A program made the translations under genes and the position numbers. A DNA stretch of 64,000 nt, from positions 388,805-452,804 of the forward strand of contig JAQGDQ010000168.1 in the NCBI GenBank assembly GCA_030141605.1, given 5' to 3'. This stretch comes from Tubiluchus corallicola. Lineage: Eukaryota; Animalia; Priapulida. This document shows positions 13,358 to 25,800 of this stretch, one piece after another. Under the pieces are notes generated by a model. The model had not been told where the DNA came from. It did not search any database and saw only the letters and a list, made by a program, of their open reading frames with translations. The number at the start of each line of letters is the position of its first letter. Position 1 is the stretch's first letter.

Positions 13358-14093
13358 CCATAATCATTTGCATTATTTGCATCAGCGTAATAACGACTTT
13401 CACGAATTTCGGCAGTTTTATACCTATCGCTGAAAGAGCAAAATAAAAATACATGACACTGTGCACCATGTAGTTCATGGAACCAAACCATCTACCCGCT
13501 GCGTCATGTACTCTCCAGCTATACCAACAAAATATGAGCACTGTCACGTGGTGATACCAGTGAAGAAAAATCAACTTCTGTTTGCGAAGGACAACAAAGA
13601 TTGTGTCGATGAGTTCGGGTGCCTTGGATAATACAACTGCCACCGTGTATATGCTAGGAATACCCAAACCACAACTTACGACACACACCGAGTAACTAAA
13701 GCCAAAGTTGTTTAAGACATAAAAGAGTTCTGGAACAAGGCGAGATGCTCCAATTGCACTGAACACAGACAAACCAAAATTCCAGAGGCAAAGAGTTCGT
13801 CGCAATTCGAACCTCTTTCTGGTTCTCATGAACTTTTGTATGCCAAAGATGATAAATATGTAAATGGCGGATAAGTAGAATGACCAATGCCAGTAGTTCT
13901 TGAACCACAGGACAACTGAGTCTGTCAATATGATCTTAGGCGTATTATCATCATTCTTTTCAAATGGAAACACGTACCGAAGCGAGAAGTTATACTGCGG
14001 CGCATTTTCACTAGAAAGTTTAATAATGTCATCCCTAGTCAAGTCACCCAGTTCCCTTACTTGCGCCAACTTGCTGAATGTAAATTTCTTCAT
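13358..14093 (-). CDS. ELOVL6: ELOVL6-like fatty acid elongase, coding exon 1 (313 aa protein in total)
   Basis: ATG at 14093; motifs SKAPELIDTIFVVLRKQKLIFLHWYHH (His box), WFGSMNYMVHSVMYFYF, TLMQIMQM; donor ATGG|gtaagt at 13358/13357. Confidence 0.92.
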
Positions 14094-15083
14094 GTTTACA
14101 GAACTTGTATACAATTACGTCAGTGTAAACTGGCAAGCATTTACGACATCCAGTGATTATTAGTTCTAATCAGTAGCACTAAAGCATAACACTGAAGTAT
14201 AGTAATAAACTAATAATACAACAGCAACGATGTTTTTGCTAACCTAATCTTAACAACAAAAAGTGCAACAGAGAAAGCTACTGCTTGTAGCTCTGTTTAA
14301 CATGCATTTTTGTTAGTATATTGAATTTCTTTTTTCAACAGTGTTCTGCATTATGATGTCACAATCATGTTGATAGGCGTAGAGTCACAATGTGATTCTG
14401 CAGATGATTCTACCATCTCGCAAAACTAACTAACACAAAGTCAGTCAATGGATGTGATATCACCGACGTCATTAGGGTAGTTTAGCTGAGCAGGCTTTTT
14501 AATCTATTACAAGTATAAATATTAATGTTTATTACAGGCATAAATATTTATGCATGTGTACACAATACGTATAGGAATAACGACAAAGATTTTGTCTTTC
14601 AAACAAAGGATTTTTTTCTACTTTTCTTAATTTGTTCAACTGAACCTCAGAACAGTTAGCGAACAAAAACTCTTTTCAACCCCCTCCCCCCCCCCACATT
14701 TGTTTTAATAAGTGCCTAGGAACTTAGCAAGAAAGTACATAAGCTTTTGCGAACCGGAAATTTAGTATGAAAAACATCATAAATAAGCTTTTTGGCCGTA
14801 TGTGTTAAACTTTTTACAAAAGTTGACCAAAGGTAGAAAGTTCTCAGAGCCACGTTTTGTTTTATAACTGACTAGTTATTTTGGCTCTAAAATTCTAGGT
14901 GCATTTATAACCGTTCCATCGACATTTATATATAAGTATTTTTGTTAAAGACAATGTCACATAAGAAAAATTTCAATGTGTCAACAGTGGAGACAATATA
15001 TTATAATTATAACAAACCTCTCTAATGAACTGAAGTTTGTGAAAATTAAATGTATATATATATTCAAATGTATCAAATGTTTC

Positions 15084-15087
<4 letters not shown>

Positions 15088-15120
<33 letters not shown>

Positions 15121-15170
15121 CGTGCGTGCGTGGGTGCGTGCGTGCGTGTCTGCGTGCGTGCGTGTGTGTG
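15088..15170. repeat. (TG)n/(TGCG)n microsatellite
   Basis: Direct inspection. Confidence 0.9.
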
Positions 15171-15965
15171 AAACATTTGATACACTTGAAGCAAAAAAAA
15201 TTTCAATTTCATTATCATCCACAATGCTCCTTACGATAACGCGTATACATGTCTATGACGTAGTATATTTATTTTTATTTCGTTTTACTTGCACTTTCTG
15301 TGTGTCTGTTTGTGCCAGCTGCTAAGCGTGTATCAGTGTAACATAACCCAAACAAAACTACTGATTAACCGAAGATTTGGGCGTAATACTATTCACATGA
15401 AAAACGTTGTTTTAGGAGAATGAATTTTGAAATCACTTAATGTCAGTCTTGTGTGGAAATAGCAGTTAGGGACCTAATCGTTGTGCAAAAATATAAATTC
15501 GTAAGGTATTCATTCAAATGATGTTTTTCTTTTCTTCATTTTCGGTAAAACTAGTAATTATTGCAAGATCCCTTAGGTAGAGTTTGCTACGTGTTGCAAT
15601 TGCACAGCTTTAATCCAAAGATCCTTAGTTCAGCTTGGCTCGTTCACAACTTTTTCAAATTTCGCTCCTTCGGTTAGGTTTTTTTCTACCTTTAATAAGT
15701 GTAGCCTAGGTTTATTAACAGATGATTTTTTTCAATTAAGATTACAAATAATTAATTACTAATGTAATATAAATGGCTAAAATGTATTAATGAATGAAAA
15801 AAGTGCCATTGTGTGTTACGAAGTCTAGTTTTAACGTTTGATAATGACATTTTATTCTAATAATACTTTCTAACCGCGGAGCTTATAATTATGCATACAA
15901 ATAACCACAAATGCTACTAGTGTGTACAAAATTAAACTGTAAAGTACAATTATTAGATCACTTAC

Positions 15966-16210
15966 AGTAATGCCTGAGGAGGTCGAAACACTACTTCAAT
16001 CCAGTACTTGCAGTTCGTGTAAAGTTTAACCGTCTTTTCCTGCTGAAATCGTTTGCCATCGACTTTGTAAAAAGGATGGCTTCCATCAGGCATCTTCTTG
16101 AACGAGACGGAAACGGTAAAGGTAGGGGCGTGAACATCCGGATTACTCTTGCTGAGCGCCTGAGCCTGCACCGGATCTGTGGTCCGTAACCGGTACCTGA
16201 TCATCTGCAT
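15966..16210 (-). CDS. CNRIP1: CB1 cannabinoid receptor-interacting protein 1-like, first coding exon; downstream exons not found in window
   Basis: FTVSVSFKKMPDGSHPFYKVDGKRFQQEKTVKLYTNCKYWIEVVFRP resembles CRIP1 [33 protein letters not shown]; phase-2 donor CT|gtaagt at 15966/15965; NAGNAG acceptor ttttaaaag|cag at ~16216-16221; ATG at 16210. Confidence 0.8.
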
Positions 16211-16875
16211 TGCCACTGCTTTTAAAAAAGACTCGCAAAATATGCTAAACTTTCAATGCAACAGAATCCTTTTGAATTTTTCCTTGTGTTCTAAAAATTT
16301 CTGACAAATTCTGTCAAAATCATTGTGCTTGTGATTTGTTCATCGCACCGGGCTCAAAGTTGATGATATGAATAACGAATTAATGAATAATGAATACTCA
16401 GAACAAACCAAGACAACCCCAAAGACAAATGTCGCTACAATCTCTAAAAATTTAATTTTTGTCGCACTAATGTTTAATGTGTAACAGTAAAATGGTTTAA
16501 TGCAGCTTTAACTACACAATATCTTCTGCAGACGCAGACTATATTACATAACACTCACATTAAAGCAACAGTTCACCTAGCGGATAATTTTGACTAATAA
16601 AAGTCAACAAGTCAGTCCGTACAACGAATAAGAAAATAAAGTCATAACTTTGTCAATGCGACTTGATAGCGAATCAATCTCATTTTGTGTGATTCGACAA
16701 CAGGCGCAGTATAGCGGTGCGTTAAACCGTTGGAAAGTCACAGACATACGTAGTATGGCTTCGATGAAGCCGATAAATGAAACTCATAAACAAGCGCATT
16801 AGTTAGCGGTCTGCTGCACTGAGCACCAGCACTCCCAGCAGCCCGTGCTAAGTAGAAATCAATGGCTTCGCTATG

Positions 16876-16888
16876 ATCACGTGACTCA
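16876..16888. promoter_or_regulatory. E-box (CLEAR-like GTCACGTGAT) overlapping an AP-1 site (TGACTCA), upstream of CNRIP1-like gene
   Basis: atcacgtgactca; candidate upstream non-coding exon donor AAT|gtgagt at 16559/16558. Confidence 0.35.
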
Positions 16889-17039
16889 CTACAAATTAAG
16901 CTTGTACTCGTTTTGATCTACCTAACTGAAACCTTGACGATGATATGTACAAACGTAACGTGCTCAATAGCGTTCCATACTTCATACAAAGCAAGCAGAG
17001 AGGTGTTGGTTACAATATAAAAACTGCCTGGCAGTCTTC

Positions 17040-17597
<558 letters not shown>

Positions 17598-18559
17598 TCT
17601 TCTACGCATTTTATTTCATTTAAATTATAGTTGTCATCATGAACAATAGCACTCTTATTGTTTTCCTATAAGCTGAAAATTTCGTTTCTTGCTTAAGAAT
17701 GTTTCCTAAAGAGTAATGATAATTGTCTTTAGTTATATTTGTAATTCGATTTACATTAGCAATCTTGTTCGGACAGGCACCCGACTTAAAATTAATCCGA
17801 TTTTAATTTTTTGCTGCCGGAACTGAAAGAGAGTGTAGCGGCCTCTGTTGTCTGTCTGTTTTTTGCTGAGTTACGTTCGTTTCAAAATTTGCTCCTTTAC
17901 GTGTGCGTTCGCTTGTCAATTTGTTACTTCCTTCGTCTGTTTGTTCGTTTGTCTATTCCTTTACATGTTTGATGTTTTATTTAGTTGTTTACTTGTTTGC
18001 TCAGTCATCTTTGCCATTTGCCATTCTATGTCCTAGATCTATGCTCACCTTGACTGCTGGTCTTAATTTTTTTGCCACAGAGCAAGATATCACTGGCCGT
18101 TAAGCTATTTGGGAAATAATAGATACATTTTGTTTTTAATGCATTAAAGATAAAGGCAATCTCATTAATATTAGCAGATTCTTGACATCTAATCCATAAA
18201 TCCTGCAGCGCAGGTACACACGGGAGTAATTAAGGAAAGGTCATCAGCATAAAACTAGTGGGAATGATTATATTACCAAGGCGACAAGCAGCAAAGAAGA
18301 CGATAACCCTGTCGAACAACGTTAATTTTCTAATATTAAAAGAATTGGAAACAGTCCTACCATAACGTATGCAATGTGCTGAGAGGAGTGCCTAAATTTT
18401 AGTTCATCTAACTGATCCAGAAAGTCAGTGATCGGGGTAAGGAACCTGTTTTGGTTGATCCTATAACAGTTTTTGTTGTTGTTTTTTCCATTTTTTGAAT
18501 GAAATACGTTTATTGACCCTATCAAAGTCTTTGCAGTGTCTTCCAGTTTTCTGAATAAA

Positions 18560-19030
18560 ATTACGATGATCGACCTTATCAAAAACCTTGTTCTGGTCTC
18601 AAAAATGAAGCATACGCCGCACGCGAACAGAGTTTGCAAAAAATTATAATCCGAGCGTGAAATCTCTATAACAACCATGCCTAAACAACTGTTAGTAAAT
18701 CATGACAACAAGGCAAACTGACAGCTTGTCATTCGAGTGATTTGTAGTTTGGAATTTAGGGTATGTTGTGTATAACGTTTATCGTTTACGATTAGATATT
18801 ATAGTGGTGAAATTTAGATTTTGTGATCTGTAATTTGTATCAGTTTGTATGTTTGTCATGTATGTAAGGTTTACTAGCCGGTCACTCAGAACTTTAGTTG
18901 ATGAGTGAAGTTGCTGATTTGAAACTTCAAAATTTTATAAAGCTGTTATATTGCAAACTTTGTTCGCGTGCGCCGTATGTTTCATTTCTGTGACCAGAAC
19001 AAGGTTTTTGATAAGGCCGATCTTCGTAAT
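18560..19030. mobile_element. MITE/foldback-like element with ~80-bp inverted arms
   Basis: 18560-18640 attacgatgatcgaccttatcaaaaaccttgttctggtc...cgcacgcgaacagagtttgcaa is the near reverse complement of ~18950-19030. Confidence 0.75.
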
Positions 19031-22000
19031 GTCGATCACCTTGAATCGTATGTTTCATTTCTTTGAATGATTTTGCAGCTTTTGGGATAAAGATGAAATG
19101 TCAATGAGTCTATGACCAACTTAAACTCAGAATAAAATTAGGGCTTCGTATTGTTTACAATTTTACTGAAACCAGTGATGTCTTTGTGCCATTTATTACG
19201 GTTAAACAATATTTTGCAAAACGTCAAAATGAAAAACCGAGACTCGCCTTCATTTAGCACGAAAAAGCGAAGAGTAACGACATTATTAAATCCTGCTAAT
19301 TTTTCTCGTTATATTTCTCGATTCATAAATGACAAGTCGTTTATTTATGGCCAAACCTTTGTTTGCTATGTGTGCAAATTACTCGCTAATCAACGTGCCA
19401 TGACATTTTTATTTTTGTTAAGCTTATCCGTGAATTTTAAATGCCACACATAAATCGAAATTTTGAAGGGTAGCCTGAAAATCGTTATTCTTGATTAAAG
19501 CTTATCAATGTTCTCGCAAGCCAAGGAAATAAGCAGTTTTTTTTATAAGAAACGTTCTTTTTAAAAAAAGGTGAACACATTATAAGGCTGCAGCACATGT
19601 TTTATGATTTTTAATGCCACACATAAATGATGTAAAAAACTACGATGTTTATAATTATGGGACTTACAGAAAGTTCAGAAAACGAAACGTAAACGAAATT
19701 AAAATCTCTAAGAATGCACAAATTTATTTTAGTCTTTGTACTTATTAAATAAATAAATAAAAGTAAATAAAAAACAAACTATTTGTGATAATGATTAACG
19801 GGCTTAGGTTAAAATCGTTAAATATTTCAAGAGCTAATATAAAGTTACTCTTTTTAAATCGTGCAAATTAGATTTAACAATGCAGAACCAGAGGTACATT
19901 TTAACAACAGAAACTCGTATTGCCATATTGCCTAAACATTGTTCTCACTTTGAGAAGTTTTACTTTTTCGGCGGAGCACTTGCTGCTTTAACGAAAGTGG
20001 CGTTATCACGCCACTGGCATTATAGTGGCATAGCAGTCACTAATGCTGCCCGTACTTACTGCCTCCTTTACTTGTTTTAAAGGCAAACTTTATCGCAAAC
20101 TTTATCCGTCCAATGTCTATAATGGACGTAACGGACATTCAACGATGCGAAATCCACATTAAAAACCTTCAGAAAGAATGTATTCACTTCATACATTGAA
20201 TCAGATTAATTGGATGTCTAACATTCTCGGTCTTAATACTCCATGTATGCTATATGCGAAATATAACAGAACTTTGGCCTAGAAAATGCAGCCCACCCTA
20301 GTAACTGATAAAGGATGCTTAATTGCTTAGTACCCGTCGCAACTTTTAACCTTCTTTCCTTTCTTTCAAGTTTTGTAAAATATGCAATAATCAATTATGC
20401 GTTTATACCACCTTATGAAAATAAGATTATAAATAATCTTATAATGTTCTGTAAATTGAAAAATGTCCGCCATTTTTTCGCGACAAGTTTGTCACCGGGA
20501 GAGCTATTCCTTGAAAATATATGGAGCAACGTTCGACTTTGTTGATGAAATTCTTTTCAAAAACGTATCTCAAAACATTCGTTGGCTGTGTGAAATTTTA
20601 CTGCAAGGATGTGTCCTTAAAAGTTAAATAAGCGCCCTTACCATACCTTTTTTAATTAATTATTTTCCTTTCGTTTATTTAGTTGCAAAAATTCGAGCCA
20701 AATGCTAGTATTTTCAATAAGGCGTTTTTACTGATAAGTAAGTGACAAATAATGTTGACAATTATGGTTTAAATTCAATAACGAAAAGCGAGTTCGTTGT
20801 GTTGGGAGTTGTACATTAATTGTTGGAAGCTAAAGGGCACTTTCTAATAATTATTGGAATCCCAAAAACTGAGCTGAGCACTGACACTATAGCACATTAC
20901 AAAAAAGTTAATAGTGATAAAAATAATGCGATTCAAGAGTATCAAGAAAAGCAAAACCTATAAATTTTACCATCTATATGGTGTGGCTATACGTATACTA
21001 ATAGGTATAAAGAGTGATGAATACACGTTATATTTACTGAAGTATATTTTTACAACTTTATTACATAAATATCGTAATATTGTTATAAACAATACATCAA
21101 CTGATACAGTTTCTACATCAATTATGAAATAAGAGTTTATTTTCAATTTGTATAGACATACTTTCAATAATATAGAAATATCTAATAAAGAGATACCTAG
21201 CATACTTCCATTAATAATTAAATACGGTAAACGTAGATTATACATGAACTAACTTACATACTAATATGCCAATTCTGCCGGTTGCCTTTGGTAAAAAATA
21301 AGTTAATATATAAATTAAAAAATAATTACTAATTATTCTCTCATAATATCAGTTATGAGATAAAATGTGGAATACAATACAATCACAATGTGGTACAATA
21401 AATAAAATATAAAACGTATATCTCAGAGACTGAGAACCACAATTGTGCTGAACTGAGACGCATTAATATTAAACAACATTAACCATTGGGCGTAACTTCT
21501 GACAAGAGATGTATTTAATTATACATACTCAATAGGCCTACTGTTCGTTTACTATTAAAGTAATGGCCTTTGACGGTAACTAAAAATGAGAAATCACCCC
21601 TTTCGGGCTTACATTACTCCAGTGAATATGCAAATTTACCTAATCATTTCCGTGAAATGGGTAGACCCAATAAAAACAAAATAAAAAGTTTGTTCGGCAA
21701 CACGAAGCTAGTTGGTGTTGTGCAGCACCGATAGATGGCAGCACTATACAGTTGGCATAGGCAGTGCATTTAGCAGACGAATAAAGTTTTATCTTTTTTA
21801 AATCTTAAACAAATAATAATCGAATCACACAATTATTATCACAGAATATTGGAAACAGCAAAGGATACCCGTCAAATAAGTTAAAATTTCCAACATTTTT
21901 TTACATATATTTTTTAACCTTTTAACTGTCTATTACAGTTTTTCTCTTGTTTTCCCTTGCCCCCTTTTTCTCTTTCTCCCCTCTCGTTCTCTCGTTTTTT

Positions 22001-22374
22001 GGTTTCCTCTCTGTTCCGCACTGCCTCTTTGTAGCTATACGTACTTGCTGATCATCCCGTCGGCGCATCAAATTCCGTAATATTCCCTGTCTTCTTGTGA
22101 TATTTAACCCACTCAACTAAATTTCTGATAGTCTTTTAACGACTTCCTGTTTAGCGCAAGAAAAACTCGCGCAGCTCCTTTAGAGCACCACGACGTCATG
22201 TGTGTCCATGCAGACGTCACTTCCTGTCTGCCCACGCCGGACATAATCTGTGTTGTAATCTCGGTTTCCATTGGACTATCCACGACCGAAACATCTGAAC
22301 GTCTCTGTTCGTTTCTCAAAAGAATTGCCTAATTTGGTCCGCTGATACTAGTTAATAGCTAAAATAAACCGACG

Positions 22375-22698
22375 TCACTTGTGAATCTGCCTCTTCCGTT
22401 GTGCCTTACGTAATCGTCTCAAGTCGTCTAATTCAGCTTTGTTCAAGTTGAAGAAGTGCATGTTAGCGCAGGAGGGGTCCACAATGCGCTTGCCTCGATG
22501 TCTGCTGCACCTGTCCACGCATTTGCCGCCATTGTATAGACCGGGTTCCCAGAGTGTGACGCACTGGGCGCAGTTTCTGACGCAGACGTAATAGTTTTCT
22601 TGCCAGTTTGAAGCGATAGCTCGGGCTTCAGCCTTGCGTAACAAGCAAAGGACGATGAATAAGCTTGCTAGTAAACGCAGTAATACTGGTCTTTCCAT
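22375..22698 (-). CDS. Eclosion hormone-like neuropeptide precursor (107 aa)
   Basis: Hydrophobic signal peptide ending AEA|R; six-Cys frame C-x3-C-x2-C-x13-C-x3-C-x12-C with the EH hallmark NCAQC; acceptor ctgtag|G at 22711/22710 just upstream of the ATG. Confidence 0.85.
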   Translation of the reverse strand: MERPVLLRLLASLFIVLCLLRKAEARAIASNWQENYYVCVRNCAQCVTLWEPGLYNGGKCVDRCSRHRGKRIVDPSCANMHFFNLNKAELDDLRRLRKAQRKRQIHK

Positions 22699-24181
22699 GA
22701 TCTGGAATACCTACAGATGAGATAAAAATATGAAAAATTAAACAGAGAAAAATTACACTAGAAATGAGATTTTACGTTGCACATACTTAGTAGCCCTTAA
22801 GAACAATTTTATTGTTGTAAACATCGTCTTGAAATGAAAGTATGGATGAAATTAATCAACTAGCCTACTGTTACAATACAAAAATCTACCGAAAGCTTGT
22901 TTGCCAAATCCACTAAAGAATCATTTTGAAAGAGTGTGGATTTTAAATAGTTGACAGTGAGATACACATTTACTTAAAATTTTTAAATAACCTATCTCTT
23001 CAATGATGACCTTGACTTCAGTACTCCGAGGTTAACGAAAGCGTGTTTACAAAACACACGCATAAAACGATTGTAACCTTAGCTGCAAAGCCGATTAAAG
23101 TACAAGAAATGTGTCTGAATTATATTATTATGTTGAAATGACGGTTTTGTTATAATTGTTTTCAAAAATTTACTGCATTTTTACCGTCTCGATATTGCCT
23201 GCTCCTAATCTTTCTGTCGTAACGATTTGGTTGGTTAAATGAACTTTCCGCATAAATGAACGACATTACTTTTAATACATTATAAAAATGACAACGGTAC
23301 ACGCATATTGATGATTTTAATGACGATTTTAAATTTTGAACATTACTTTTTCACACAAAACTTAGTACTCAGTCAATTTGCAAGTCACGATGACGCAGCA
23401 CTTGGTAATTATTAGAATAATAATTTATTCACAAGCGGGTATTATTCCTTTAAACGGCAACCACTAGTAGTAAACCGAAAAAATAAGAAAGAAAATTCAT
23501 GTGCACAACAAGTCGATTTACAGGCGCATGAAATGACATCGGGAAATGTCCACTTCCGCGACTGTACCTGTATTATCACGGAATAAGGAAATCAAGAATT
23601 CTTCTAGTGATTTAACAGTCTACTGCTGCCTATGCAAAACCAGTGAATGTCGAAACTTTACATACATGAGACGTAACGTAAAATAACGCCTGCTGTCTTG
23701 CCCCAGTTACGCTGGATAAACAACGAATTTCTATAGAAGTCATTTCATAAACTTGTGACGCAAGATTGGTTAAACTCAACTGAATCAAGTAGAGTTGTGT
23801 TTGCATAATAGCTCCATTTTGGACCATAACTGAATAGGCAAAAAGCCGACTGTTTGACCAAGGCGTTAACGAAAGCGACATGACCGCAAAGGATTCTCTC
23901 CTTGACTTTCTAAAAACGTGTAAAAATCACAGCAATGATGTGGCGGAATTGTGCGAATAGAATTCTTTATTGCTCGGGTAAGGCTCCAAATAATAGAAAT
24001 ATATAGCAGCAACGTGGATATCGTTAAAATTAATATTTAAATTTTATCAACGACATTTTTATCTGCAGTGTCATGGATGTTTCTCGCAGTTCACTCGTCA
24101 ACAATTGCTAGATACGCCTTACTACTGAGACGTAAAAAAACATTTTCTTCAATAGATTTGACAAAGTTACCATGAACTTAC

Positions 24182-24335
24182 CTTATTGTATAATGCGAAG
24201 AATGGCTGTAACTAAGGTGGACGTGTCCTTCCCTCGATAATCTATCAACCTTGTACTATTTAATACCTTGTAAAATCACAGGACGGTAAAATCAGTAACT
24301 CGTGTGATTTAACGCGAAGTTTCAGAAACTCTAAC
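24182..24335 (-). other. Candidate non-coding first exon of the EH-like gene
   Basis: Strong donor AAG|gtaagt at 24182/24181; begins ~30 nt downstream of a TATAAAA box. Confidence 0.55.
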
Positions 24336-24356
24336 TTTAGCAGCAGATTTTGCGGG

Positions 24357-24480
24357 TTTTATAGCCCCATACACGTGCTTTACTTCAACGCCTAAGCGCT
24401 GCGTACTCAAAGCAGTGACGTTTCCATCGAGACATGACGTCATACGGGGAATCAACCAATAGACAAACGCGGATTGGTTA
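24357..24480 (-). promoter_or_regulatory. Candidate EH-like promoter: TATA, E-box, CRE and two CCAAT boxes
   Basis: TATAAAA 24363-24357; CACGTG 24372-24377; half-CRE TGACG ~24416; TGACGTCA 24435-24442; CCAAT ~24456 (+) and ATTGG ~24473. Confidence 0.6.
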
Positions 24481-25019
24481 ATATACAGGGAATTAATGGT
24501 ATATTTATTTAAACCATGCCGTTGATACGGTTTTGATATGAAACGTATGATTGTGGGGTGAGGCGTAATATTTAGTTCTGATAGCAGTGACTTTATCAAT
24601 TATGGAAGCTCTGCGCGCTGCTATTGTTTAAACAGCGGGCGTATGTATGTTTGCTTTACTTCCATCCTTCGCACTGACATATGGCTTCATGGTTTAGTGT
24701 TGCGCAACCAACTCACGCAATATTGCGCTTCTATAATTAGCCTATAGTGTCAGCATCAGTATTTCTGATGCATTAAAACTTGCTGAATCATGCTAAATCT
24801 ATGCTAAATTAAAAACTTGGTTCCTGCTTAAATTCTCAAGTAGTTAAAAAACACTGACGTTTAAAACGAAAACGCTTTGCAATAAAGCGAAGACTTGGAC
24901 AAATTCTCTAAAATCTACGAGCCTCTTATGTCACCTACGCATGTTATATTCGAAGAAATAGCCTGTAATTAATATTGCAGACGTTAGTACGCCATACAGA
25001 TACATTTTATACTGCAATA

Positions 25020-25800
25020 TACTTTTCCAAAACTCCTGTATACTTGGCATTCACAGCTTCTTGTGACCTGGTTAACAACTTTTCAAACTTTTCCTTGTAC
25101 GCTTGCCGCTACTTGGGCATACCATCACGAAAGCATTCCTAATACATACGATAATTCGTCAGCAACATTATTTACCCAGCAACTTTGTCCGTGTCATTGT
25201 GTCTATTGTACCTATTGTGCGTATTGTATCAAACCAGTAATAGGTACAAATTCGTGGAAGTACTTCTCGGAAGTTACCTTCTTTCTTTTTCTTGTACAAC
25301 AGGTGATACACCAGCTGATGATTTAAATTCATAGTAGACTCCTAATAAGTATTGTGGACTTCATGCATTCTTCGCATTCCAAGTTTATGAGCCACCATTC
25401 CTAATAATTTTTCGGTTGAGCAGCTAAGAAAAGCATTCAGCACCTATATGGAATTCTGTTAGTGAAGTTCTCCTCATTCTTAACTCACAAAAGAGTTAAT
25501 TATCCAGCCATCACACCTTGAGGTACAGACTTAGGTACTTATCTCACTTATGCAGGTGTTAATATTCTTTTGGTGACACTCCTTTCTTTTTATTGCTTCT
25601 GTTATCATATTCAGCTTACCCAAATCTTGGGTGTGTTTAACAACATTAAGCAATGGATCATTATTGCAAATATTTATTTTCTCGCTTCGTCTCGAACATC
25701 AGACAATGTGCTCACGCTTTAATTACAATGCCATTTGAAGTTCTTCGCGTTGTGAATTCTCGTCTGCGTAAAGTCAAATTATAATCTTTGCATGCCGAAC
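25020..25800 (-). mobile_element. Decayed non-LTR retrotransposon RT remnant
   Basis: Minus-strand SVPQGVMAG (~25505-25530) and NVADE (~25155-25170) in RT order; otherwise disrupted. Confidence 0.4.

Noticed and set aside
21922-22319. Two short ORFs downstream of the EH-like stop
   Set aside because: Non-ATG starts, no recognisable motifs; probably 3'UTR
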